Made by a program: the position numbers and the translations under genes. Below the pieces are notes generated by a model. That model was given only the letters and a program-made list of their open reading frames with translations, was not told where the DNA came from and did not search any database. Below are positions 1-10,219 of a DNA stretch of 64,000 nucleotides, piece by piece. The stretch lies in NCBI GenBank assembly GCA_010909165.1, contig MU008169.1:1798001-1862000 (forward strand), read 5' to 3'. Numbering within the stretch: the stretch's first letter is position 1; each line of letters begins with the position of its first letter. Origin of the DNA: Anthoceros angustus (taxonomy: Eukaryota; Plantae; Anthocerotophyta).

Positions 1-2290
1 ATGACGCGACAATCTTCCATGCCATGTCAGTAATTTCACAACCTAGTTAAGCTGTCAATCTACAAACGTATAAATATATATTTTTATATTTTGAGGTTGT
101 AAAATGCCTTGTATAAGATCTGCGATTCTTGTTGTGGACGCCGTTGGATTTATATTGGAGTCTGCTTATAGCTTCGGCCGTAACGCATTATCATGGATCA
201 GGATAATTTCTAGGGAGGTGACATGACAACATCCGGCTCTATGACGAGCAATTGGAGGAAAGAAGGTAATATTTATGTCCTAAGTACGAGTTGGGAGTCC
301 GGATTCTCCATCTTACGAGCATCATTTTATTGTGACACAAGATTTGGTGAAGAATTTGGGTGATGTGCAAGCTATTTGCAATTCTTGCTTAGAAGAAATG
401 CATAAAACAAATGTGTAGAAGCTTGCCTTAACTCTATCAGAAAGGTTTTTGAACCAAAATGAAAGTTGTTCCTATACCTTCTGCATTTTATGATTTTCCT
501 TTTCCAACTTTGCAACATCATCCTGCAACTTTGTAACTTCATCCTTCTATGTCAACCGAGGCGGGGTGAGGCGAGAAAAAGGGAGTGGTTGGACATACCA
601 AGTTGTCGTTTGAGAAGAGGGCAATGGACTCGGTCGTCATTCTGTGCACAGTTTTGAAACCTTGGACCAAGCATTCCATGGAGCTTCTTAAGGAGTTTAC
701 AGACATTGCGGCGAAGAAATTCACGGCCATCATTAATAGAGAAGTTGACTGCTCTTGTTTTTGCAATTGTTACAGGATTAAGAATGCCCGAGTTCGGAAT
801 TATCTTAAAATTTTTGGATTGCAAACGCGGATTCGTGGGAGCAGTGACGCAAACTTGAGGCATCCATATATCTGTCTCAACCGTGCACTGAAATATCCTA
901 GTGACATGGGCAGTTTGGAAATATGAGCGGGGAGGAGGTGAGTAGCCCTGACAACAGCAGCAACCTGTGGTAGAGGCATGGAGGGCGAAGAACGGGACAG
1001 CTGGCACAAACAACAATGGGAGGAATGAGGCCAAAGCCTTCAACAAGAAATGAACAAAGCAGAGTGGGCCCGGGGTATGACCCATAGGATGCGGAGAGTC
1101 GATGGGCAAGGCGAAATGGGCTTCAAAGCATGCCTAACTTTTAGGGGAATCAAAGCGAAGCAAGTTAGCTGACAGGCCGTGGATGTATTTTCATGGTTTT
1201 TGTCAGTAGTCGTTGTAATGTCGATGTTGTGTGTATAGAGTCCATGACAACAATGAGGAAGAGGGAAGGGGCAAGGAGGAGGCCATGACAATGGTGGAGC
1301 CTGTGCTCTACACTGAGATTAAGACCCTCATAAATGATGGAGAATAATGCTTGGCAGTTGTGTACAGTTCTAGCCAAAGGAGAAAAGAGGTCGGCGTCCG
1401 CAGGGCAAGCAAGCGGTTGAAAGGCATTAGGCGCTTGAAATCCATCCAAGTCGGAGGGCAGAGCATAGAAGGAGTACAAAGGAACTTAAGGACTCAAGGA
1501 TCATGGAGGTGGCTCACGAGTGAGAGAGAAGTGCTCAAAAGCTGCAGCACCATCCTTTCCGGCTTCCCACTGCAGTTAAAGGAGTGAAGACATCTTTGAC
1601 AAGCGTGGTACTAAGCATGTGATGTTGCCTGCGTAGCTGTGGGCATCCAAATTGTATTCGGTTATGGCTGTACTTACAGATTTTTTTTTATCTATTGGAG
1701 TTATTTCAAGACCACCATTGTGAGGAATGCAATTTCCTAACATTATTCAATGCACAAAAACGACCACCTGTTGAGAAAACTAATGTTTCGTATCAAGCAT
1801 GCTACATGGGAATTAGTATGTGAGATCGGAAATTTGTGCTCCATATTGCGAATCTGTTTTTCGAAACACTGAAGATTCTAATTCATTTTCATGCCTTGCA
1901 ATCTGCAAGCAGATTCCAGCGGACAAACACGTTACAGCCTCCTGTTTTTTTACAACACGGCTCAGAATCGCATCATAAATATACCAATGGAATCCTCCTG
2001 AGGTCGTTAGAACGTCCTCTCGTGGAGCCGTTGTTTCATTGATTAGGCCAGTTAGCTCTGGGTACATGAGATCAGGTTGGAATTGCCGAACAGGTCACGA
2101 CTCTGAATCCTCCCAGCAAAAATTTGCTTCCGAGCCTACGGGCAATTCAGCAAGGAGAATCCCTTCATGAGCAAAGGCCTGGTGGAAGCTGATCCTTCTC
2201 CTTTTGTAGTGCGACTTGCAAAAGTGCGTGGTTGCATTATTCGCCAAACGCTTTTCCCAGCTATGGCTGTGTGTGTGCCTGGAGGTTGGC

Positions 2291-5203
2291 ATGGCTGTTT
2301 TCAGGTTGGCAGGTGTTTTAAGAAAGGCTCCTGCTCACGTGACTTGCCGCTGCTGCTCGACTGGTTGGGAGTATCGGGAGGTCCTCTGGCCAGACTGGAG
2401 CGTGCCGGACGATCGTGGCACAGGAGGAGGGGGATACGAAAGAAGAAGGTGGGACGTAACGGCCGAGACAGTAACCAAACTGTGTGAGCAAGGCCAGCTG
2501 AATGAGTCTGTTGGAGCGCTGGGAGTTCTGGTGCAGACGGACTGCTGTATTTCCAAATCTCTCTTCTATGTGGTCCTACAGGAATGTATGGCTAAGAAGG
2601 ATCTCGCTGTGGGTCGGAGAGTTCACGCTTTGGCCGTGAAGAAGGGGTTCGAGTCGGATACTTTTTTGTGCAACCACTTCCTGCGAATGTATGTCTCTGA
2701 GGCCAGGTTTGAAGAAGCTATGGAGGTGTTCAATCTGGTTGCCAAACCAGATGCGTTCACGTGGTCTGCCATAATTTCTGCCCATGTCAAGCACGGGCAA
2801 TATAAGCAGGCCTTACAGCTGTATCAACGCATGCGCAGGTGGAGTAGTGTAAAGCCGGATGGTCATGTGTTTGTAGCAGCCCTTCAGGCTTGTGCAAGGG
2901 CATCGGACCTGGTATCTGGGCAGCAGGTGCATGCTGATGTCTCGGCCAGTGGCGTTGCCCCTAGCTTGCACGTTTGTAGTGGCTTGGTAGACATGTATGC
3001 CAAGTGTGGCAGCTTGGAAGACGCTCGAAGAGTGTTTGATGGAATCGGGATCGGGGTAAGAGATGTGGTTACGTGGAATGCCATGATAGCAGGCTATTCC
3101 CAGCAGGGGATGGGGGAGGAAGCTCTTCGTCTCTACGATGCTATGCAAGAAGAAGGCACCGTTGTACCCAATTCCGTGACATTTGCGTGCCTCCTGCAGG
3201 CATGTGCAAGTGTGGGTACCCCGGCTTTGGAGAAGGGGAAGCGACTTCATGCGCAAATTACTCAATTAGGGCTTGAATCTCGTGGGTTGGCAGCCAGCAG
3301 TCTGGTTAACATGTATGCAAAGTGTGGCAGCTTGGAAGACGCCCGGAATGTGTTTGATGGGCTTTGTGAAAAAGATGTGGTGACGTGGAATTCCATGATA
3401 GCTGGGTATTCCCAGCAGGGAATGGGACAGGAAGCCCTGCGTCTCTGTGATGCCATGCAAGGAGAAGTCACTGCTGTACCTACTTCTGTGACATTTGTCT
3501 GCCTTCTCCAAGCGTGTGCGAGTGTGGGGGCCCCAGCTTTGGAGAAGGGGAAGCAGCTTCATGCACAAATCATAGAACAGGGGCTTCAAGGCTGTGCGTT
3601 CATAGCCAGTAGTTTGGTAAACATGTATGCAAAGTGTGGCAGCTTGGAACACGCTGCAATAGTGTTTCACGGGCTTGGTCAAAAGGATGTGGTGATGTGG
3701 AGTGCCATGATAGCAGCATATTCCCAGCTGGGCATGGTGGAGGAAGCTCTTCGGCTTTACAGAAACATGCAAGAAGAAGGCACGGTGCCACCTGACGATG
3801 TCACATTTGTGTGCCTCTTGCAGGCCTGTGCCAGTGTAGGCACCCTGGCTTTGGAGATGGGCAGGCAACTTCATGCACAGATTAGGGAAGGACCACATCA
3901 AGGTCATGTCCTCGTCTCCAACAGTTTGATAAGTATGTATGCAAAGTGCGGCAGCTTGGAAGATGCTCAATGTGTGTTTGCTGGACTTACACAAAAAGAC
4001 GTGGGGACGTGGAATGCCATGATAGCAGGGTATTCCCAGGAGGACAAGGGGCATCAAGCCTTTCATCTTTACAATGCTATGCAAGAACAAGGCCGGGCTT
4101 TGCCTGATTCTGTGACTTTTGTGTGCCTCCTGCATGCATGTGAGAGTTTGGGTGATGGGGCTCTCGAGAAGGGAAAGCAGCTTCATGAACAAATCAGAGC
4201 ACATGGACATCAAGCCGATATGTCTGTAGCCAACAGTTTGGTAAACATGTATGTAAAGTGTGGAAGCTTGGACGATGCTCGAAGAGTGTTTGATGGACTT
4301 AGTCAGAAAGATGTGGTGATGTGGAATGCTATGATAGCAGGATATTCGCAGCAGGGCATGGGGCAGGAGGCTTTTCATCTTTTCAATGCCATGCAAGAAG
4401 GAGGCATGGCTTCACCTGATTCTGTGACATTTGTTTGCCTCCTGCAGGCATGTGCATGTGTGGGAGCTTTGCATGTGGGAAGGCAGCTTCATGCACAGAT
4501 TAAAGAACAAGGGCTTCATGCTGATGTGCTTATAGCGACCAGTTTGATAAACATGTATGGCAAGTCTGGCAGCATGGTTGATGCAGAGCAGGTCTTCGAG
4601 GCATTGCCCAAAAGAGACGTTGTTGCATGGAATGCACTGATTGCAGGCTACACCCTTCAAGGAGACAGTGAAGTGGTCTTTGATTTGTTTCAGAAAATGA
4701 CGAAGAGTGGCCTAAAGCCCGACAGCAGCACATTCCTTAGTGTACTGACAGTATGCAGTCATAAGGGTCTAGTGAATAAGGGGCAAGAGTACTTTGAGGC
4801 TGCGAGCAAACACAGTGGGGCCACTCCCACGATGGAGCACTACACATGCATGGTGGATCTCCTGGGTCGTGCAGGGCAGCTGAAAGAGGCACTAGCTTTG
4901 GTAAGCACAATGCCTGGACATCCTGATGCTGCAGTTTGGCACAATGTACTCGGTGCCTGTCAAAAGTGGAGCAACGTGGAGATGGGACAACATGCTCTTC
5001 ATGAAGCACTGAAGCTAGACAAGAAAGCTGCCACAGCATACGTGGTGATGTCGAACATATACACCAGTGCCCAGATGTGGGAGCAGGCACGGGAGATGCA
5101 TGCAAGGAGAATACGAATGAGGGCGTGGAAGAAGCCAGGCCAGAGCTGGTGGACAGACATGAACGGCTTGGTGCATAGCTTTCTGGTTGGACCTCAGGCG
5201 TGA
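2291..5203 (+). CDS. Intronless PLS-class PPR protein with E1-E2 and a truncated DYW:WW domain (organellar RNA-editing specificity factor type)
   Basis: About 8 P-L-S triplets (e.g. KDVVTWNSMIAGYSQQG, PDSVTFVCLLQACAS, LVNMYAKCGSLEDA), then L2/S2 (TVCSHKGLVNKG, EHYTCMVDLLGRAG), E1/E2 and KKPGQSWWTDMNGLVHSFLVG before the stop. First in-frame ATG is 2291; the track start at 2216 is TTG. Confidence 0.95.
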   Translation: MAVFRLAGVLRKAPAHVTCRCCSTGWEYREVLWPDWSVPDDRGTGGGGYERRRWDVTAETVTKLCEQGQLNESVGALGVLVQTDCCISKSLFYVVLQECMAKKDLAVGRRVHALAVKKGFESDTFLCNHFLRMYVSEARFEEAMEVFNLVAKPDAFTWSAIISAHVKHGQYKQALQLYQRMRRWSSVKPDGHVFVAALQACARASDLVSGQQVHADVSASGVAPSLHVCSGLVDMYAKCGSLEDARRVFDGIGIGVRDVVTWNAMIAGYSQQGMGEEALRLYDAMQEEGTVVPNSVTFACLLQACASVGTPALEKGKRLHAQITQLGLESRGLAASSLVNMYAKCGSLEDARNVFDGLCEKDVVTWNSMIAGYSQQGMGQEALRLCDAMQGEVTAVPTSVTFVCLLQACASVGAPALEKGKQLHAQIIEQGLQGCAFIASSLVNMYAKCGSLEHAAIVFHGLGQKDVVMWSAMIAAYSQLGMVEEALRLYRNMQEEGTVPPDDVTFVCLLQACASVGTLALEMGRQLHAQIREGPHQGHVLVSNSLISMYAKCGSLEDAQCVFAGLTQKDVGTWNAMIAGYSQEDKGHQAFHLYNAMQEQGRALPDSVTFVCLLHACESLGDGALEKGKQLHEQIRAHGHQADMSVANSLVNMYVKCGSLDDARRVFDGLSQKDVVMWNAMIAGYSQQGMGQEAFHLFNAMQEGGMASPDSVTFVCLLQACACVGALHVGRQLHAQIKEQGLHADVLIATSLINMYGKSGSMVDAEQVFEALPKRDVVAWNALIAGYTLQGDSEVVFDLFQKMTKSGLKPDSSTFLSVLTVCSHKGLVNKGQEYFEAASKHSGATPTMEHYTCMVDLLGRAGQLKEALALVSTMPGHPDAAVWHNVLGACQKWSNVEMGQHALHEALKLDKKAATAYVVMSNIYTSAQMWEQAREMHARRIRMRAWKKPGQSWWTDMNGLVHSFLVGPQA

Positions 5204-5413
5204 AGCAAGGCTGAAACAGCTTTCTTCCAAAATGAATCAAGGCGGGACTTGTCGCCAGCAGACATGCAATGTGGTTGGTGATAAGAGGGTTCCTGGCGTG
5301 AAGCAAGGCACGCAGCCCGGCTGAAACAGGTTTCCTCTACAATGATTTCAGGGGGCATTCGTCACCACAGACATTTCTGGCTGATGATAAGAAGTACCCC
5401 AGCGTGAGGAATG
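5186..5413 (+). repeat. Three diverged ~90-105 bp tandem units derived from the DYW-domain N-terminus
   Basis: GGCGTGAAGCAAGG..CTGAAACAG.TTTC at 5197 and 5295; (GTT/GCT)G.TGATAAGA at 5274 and 5380. Translations VGDKRVP, ADDKKYP, ARLKQLSSKM, RLKQVSSTM. Confidence 0.65.
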
Positions 5414-6440
5414 CTGACAAGTTTTTCTTTCAAGGGATTGTCGCCACAGCCTGCATGCATGCTCATTGTTTCGCACTACTTGGTGGAGATTTTGAAGTTC
5501 ATCACTCAGTTTGGAGTGAGCCCAGATGTGGAAGCACCTGGTACCCCGGAACCCACCAGCAAGATTATCTGGGCCTACGTATTTCACTGAAGATCCCCAG
5601 CCCACAGTCAGGCTGATTGAGGGATAGGTAGCAGGAGAAATTTGCCCCCCATGGTGGTCCGGGTTCGATACCGTCTCTGAGCAACCGTCTCTCAGGCTCA
5701 GAGCTACGTGGCTATAATTCTTTTTAGGAAGCGCTGTATACATCTAGATCGTTGAATATACAACCTATAATACATTATTTTGCTTCCCTCGTCCAAAAGG
5801 GATCCAACGTCCGCAGCTCCCGAAAACGGCGCAACCACGTAGCATTGCGTCGGACCCGTTGCGGGATTCCCGTTCCGTTACTCTCTCCACTTCCCCCAAC
5901 TCTCCCTTACCTCTACTCAGTGGCAGATTTTGAGCCGCGTGGTCACCCTAGTGACGCGAATCCATTCGCTCTCACATTCAGCCTATGAGAGGAATGCAGG
6001 TGAAACCTTGAGAGTGAATTGAGGGGTGAAACCTTCCAAGTTGCTCGGAAACTGCATGAGCCATGTCAGGAAAGGACAAGCTGTTGAATATTGAGCACAT
6101 TTGCCCTGAGCAGCTGCACTGAACATCTAAGAAAAGCATACTGTGGGCTTGTACATCTTGCAACCTTGTGATCACCGCTGGTTCTTCCCTCCAGCGGACA
6201 CAGCAACCTCTGCCTCTTACTGTCCTCAGACGCGACTCTACTGCATCGCGCCCTTGGATTCGGATCACTAGCTATGAGCGGAACAAGTCCACTCTGGTTG
6301 TGAATCCATTCACTCTCACACCCAGCCCGCCAAGATGACAAAAATTATTGAGCCATTTGACCCAGGGCTCAACAGAGTGTACATGAACAGTCTTGATACA
6401 AACCGTGCACAATGCTTCTAAATGAAGTTGCTGGCGAGGG

Positions 6441-7988
6441 TTACACAACTCCGGAAGGCAGCCTGACCATCATCTGACCGTCCATGTGACTGTTTCCAGA
6501 AACCAGCAACAAGTGAGAGGGTTCCGCGACCGAGACACACGGCAAAAGTGCATGAAGTGATGTGACCAAAACACCAGCTTTACCTTTTTACATAGTAGTA
6601 GCAGAAATCAGCCAAGATCAATGTCTGTACGAGTTCGGACAGCAGAACCATAGACGGCCAAAGGCCGTATCCCAGAGCTGCCAACAAATCGCTCTCGCTG
6701 TCCAAACCCTGGCGCAGAAACACAAGTCAGACATAAAAGAACTACGGCGTGCTGATTGTTGCATCAACCTTGCTCAGCGACCCAACAAGGAAGAAATTAT
6801 AATCACTGACCTGGAGAATCCAGTGTGCACAGCTCAGAAACCGTGCCATTCCAAGAGCAAATACATAATGAGCAGTGAACGGCTCAACGACCTGATGCAT
6901 GAGCACGACGAGAGAACAACGTTGAACCAGTCCATTAAGCGGCAATCAAAAACCAAATGCTCGTACTGGCAAGTCCTGTTGCACATCACTACTCAGAGGC
7001 AATGCACTCCAAACCCACCCTCGTATTCTGCATGACGCGAAGTTGAGGCAAAACCGAAACTGCTTCCAAATATACACAGAAGGCCCACAAAATTCTATTG
7101 ACGATGTGGTGGGTCGTTCCAGGATGAATCAAGAAGGCCACAACAGCACATGGTACGAGCTGTGAAGGTGAAACACACCAGCAGATAGTTAGAAATCTTG
7201 CATCAACTATCACTCAAAACACAACTGCTCCAGCCGTAGAACCATGTCAAAGGTACCCCGCCACCCAGTGAATTCAACAATTGCCTTCAAATTCAGTCAT
7301 CTTAGCGGACATGAGATGAGAATCAGCAGAAAACCCTTACCACATAGTAGATGGGCAGATTGTCGAGATCCTCCATGTGGGTTGACTTAAGTCTAAATCG
7401 AATTGTATAAATTACCCACAAAGTAGTCACAAGAGTCGCTGAGTCCAGGACTGTGTGAATATCCTTTTCCATCACTAAACTACAATAGAGCCTCACAGCC
7501 AAAAAGATTGCGGTGAGTTCTTGTGATTTCAACGAAAGCCCTGCCAGACACATGTCAGAATAAGTGGATTAGCCTTAACGAAACAGAAAATCGAGCCACC
7601 ACAATAGAGCCACTAGACATAATCTTTTCCTGGTTACCAGGACTAAACACCACCCACCCCAGGTGCCAGTCCTGCTGACCTAAATCAGTGTCACCAGGAG
7701 ATCCCCAGCGATATCCCTGTGCTGAACACGAAAGCAAACATGAAAACAGGAGAGCTAACCTGCACAAGTCCGCTGCTTTAGGAGTTTGTAGATCAGGAAC
7801 GCAATTCCGATAGAGTGGGTGGCCTCAGCGGCAACAAACAAGTTGTCGTGGTCCCGCACGACAAACCTGAGGAACACGAGCGCCAAAATACCTCCAAGCA
7901 CCGCCAGAACTGTTTTCACCTTAGGTGGCTGGCGGTTGAACCATAGCACCAGCGCTTGCAAGGGATTTTGAGTCCTCCTCACAGCCAT
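6441..7988 (-). CDS. ER lumen protein-retaining receptor family protein (ERD2-related, plant ERP type), multi-exon
   Basis: Spliced exons: VRDHDNLFVAAEATHSIGIAFLIYKL, GLSLKSQELTAIFLAVRLYCS, RILWAFCVYLEAVSVLPQLRVMQN, VEPFTAHYVFALGMARFLSCAHW, LWPSMVLLSELVQTLILADFCYYYVK, GQMMVRLPSGVV*; stop at 6441-6443. Confidence 0.92.
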
Positions 7989-8681
7989 GGCTGCTCCTGC
8001 TGCGGCTGCTGCTGCTGCTGCTATTCAACAGACCTCACTAGAGTGCCTGAACTTCAGGGAAGCTCAACAGACATTCAAGGACGACAAATCCCTGGGAAGC
8101 GCACACCAACCCCACGAACTGCCTGTTGCGATCCCCACAATCGCACTGCCAAACCCCGTGAGACGTCCCGCAATAGAATGTTTACTCTGTTACCAAGGTG
8201 GAAAGGTTCGCGTAGCTTCAGTACCTCGGAGAGACACAGACTCAAAACAAAAGCTCTTACCTTGTAGAGGCACTGTAGATGTGTTACCTACCTACCCACC
8301 TAAATGTGCACGTTTGCGCAAGCAACCGGAGATATAAGATGGCAGCAGGTACCTATTATATAGGTACCTAGACCCTTTCTGACTAGGAGTTTTCCGATAT
8401 AGGTGTATGGGAAAGGAAAACTCCTTAATTGCAACCTTATTCCCTTCAATACCTAAAATGGACACACTGAAATAAAAAAGTTTTTCCATAAATAATTTTA
8501 GAAAAATAGATCAGAACGTTTAACACAATAATGTAGGGAGGGTCTACAGACTGAGGAGTCCGGGCATGGTAGCTTCCACTGGGGATAAAAGTCACTCCGC
8601 CTAGTAAAGTGCTATGTACCAGACGGAATATATGGCTAATGAGGTGGCTAATAACCTAGCCTCAAACAGGGATGCTGTAAG

Positions 8682-9755
8682 CTAGTCTTGCGACGAGCTC
8701 AATCCTTGAATGTAAAGATGAGGAGTGGCAGATGCGTCGCTCTCCTCTGGCTCTGGGGAGAAAGCTCCACAAACCTGAGACTCCACATGCTGGATCAAGG
8801 AAGAAAGCACTGTGGAACAAACCAGACCGAGCATGTCAAAAAGCTGCACAAGTCGGCTCAAAGCGACACAAATCCTGCATGTGAATGTCACGGCTTTGGG
8901 AAGATGAGTGCGGCTTACAGATGCATGTGAGGCCACACTTCTTGCATCGAAATTCCTGCGACTCGTGAGCAGGCGAATTGAGGTGCTGATTTAACGCCGT
9001 AAGGGACTGAAACACCGCATCGCAGAGACAGCATCTGAATCCGAATCCATCGAATGCTGCCTCTGTAGCGGCGTAAGTGATTTTTGTCGAGGTCTCCGGT
9101 CTGCAAGTCGTTAACTAGCACCGGCGCGTCAGTGTTTGACGAGGCGCGTCACCAGCTCCTGGAATGACAACTTCACAGTCAGGCTATTAGCGGAACAGAA
9201 CGGCATTGAGCTTGCCTATCACTGATTTGTGGACAGTCAAGCCGGGGCACGGTGAGCAGGTTGATTTTTCCTGACTTGATCTCCCAGTTGCGCACGCCTG
9301 CGACAATCTGCTCCAGCGTGATATCTACGCAGGCCCGAGACTCGACCTGTTGACAGAGCATTTGAAACACATGAGAAGAGACAATGCTCCAGGTACAATC
9401 ACATTGCTGACATTGCCTGGGATGCATCGTGGCTTCAAGTTGCGCCCCTGAGGCCCCAAACCTTCGTTCAATATTCAATTCACATTTTCTAAATGAACAA
9501 CGCGCAGGAAGGAAGGCTCACATGCATAGTGCATGCAGAAGCAGACTTGAAAGCTCGAGAGCAATTAGGGCACTTTATCTTCTTGGCGTCGTGCACGGCG
9601 GACTCGAGGTGGCGGGTAAGAGCATCAGCTGTCTTGAAATTCCTGTAACAAATTTCACATCGGTGCGGCTGCAGAATCGCCAAGTCCAGCGGCAACTGCA
9701 TGCAGTCACCGATTGCCGCAGCATCCCAAGGATCACAATCCCACTCTGCCTCCAT
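8682..9755 (-). CDS. Multi-C2H2 zinc-finger protein of a fungal-looking family; 5' end uncertain
   Basis: Exons: CEICYRNFKTADALTRHLESAVH, CPNCSRAFKSASACTMHV, QVESRACVDITLEQI, ATEAAFDGFGFRCCLCDAVFQSLTALNQHLNSPAHESQEFRCKKCG, SSLIQHVESQVCG; stop at 8682-8684. Exon boundaries only partly resolved. Confidence 0.75.
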
Positions 9756-10219
9756 CTCAGGTGTGGTGCGGCAAATGTAGGCTGGATAATGCTACAAATG
9801 TGCTCGGGCAGCTGCCAGGCTTCAAGAAGGAGAAGCCCGCCCGCGCTACGGAGAACATCAGTCCTGATCGGTCAATTTGCCCGACTTCTGACACAACCCA
9901 TGGGAAGAAAGATGAGTACTGGACATAAAAGAGGCGGGGCGCAAATGCCACCTAGGCCAGAAGAAGGGCCTGTACTCACTGTCAACAGGACAGGGAGTGG
10001 TCTTCTTGATTTCTAGCCTTGTTAATTTAATTTGAGATAAAGATCGCCGTCACACATAGCTGGCTGGCTATACGGGCCATGGCAGGGACCTGTTTACACA
10101 ACCTGCCAAGGTACATACTGCATGTCCTCATCCTGACATCCAGACAGACCTGTACAGCCAATGATGAGACCTATGTAATTTCTTCATGCGAGGCCCCTGC
10201 TAATGTACCTTCCACGATG

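Noticed and set aside
1-1600. Short ORFs (552-1109 minus, 585-926 plus) and a coiled-coil-like stretch
   Set aside because: No recognisable domain, splice model or TE termini; possibly a decayed TE or gene relic but unsupported.
2378-2410. EVLWPDWSVP in the first PPR as a vestige of the PDF motif (cf. EVLWLNRIKP)
   Set aside because: Only four matching residues; too weak to claim without an alignment of more paralogs.
3266-5306. Long antisense ORFs (376 aa, 189 aa and others) overlapping the first PPR
   Set aside because: Shadow frames of a repetitive coding sequence.
5620-5710. GGTTCGATACC B-box-like motif suggesting a tRNA or SINE
   Set aside because: No cloverleaf, convincing A-box, poly-A/T tail or TSD could be found.
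7956-8337. Poly-Ala/Cys ORFs starting at a (GCT)n run
   Set aside because: Microsatellite in the 5' region of the ERD2-like gene read antisense; no domain.
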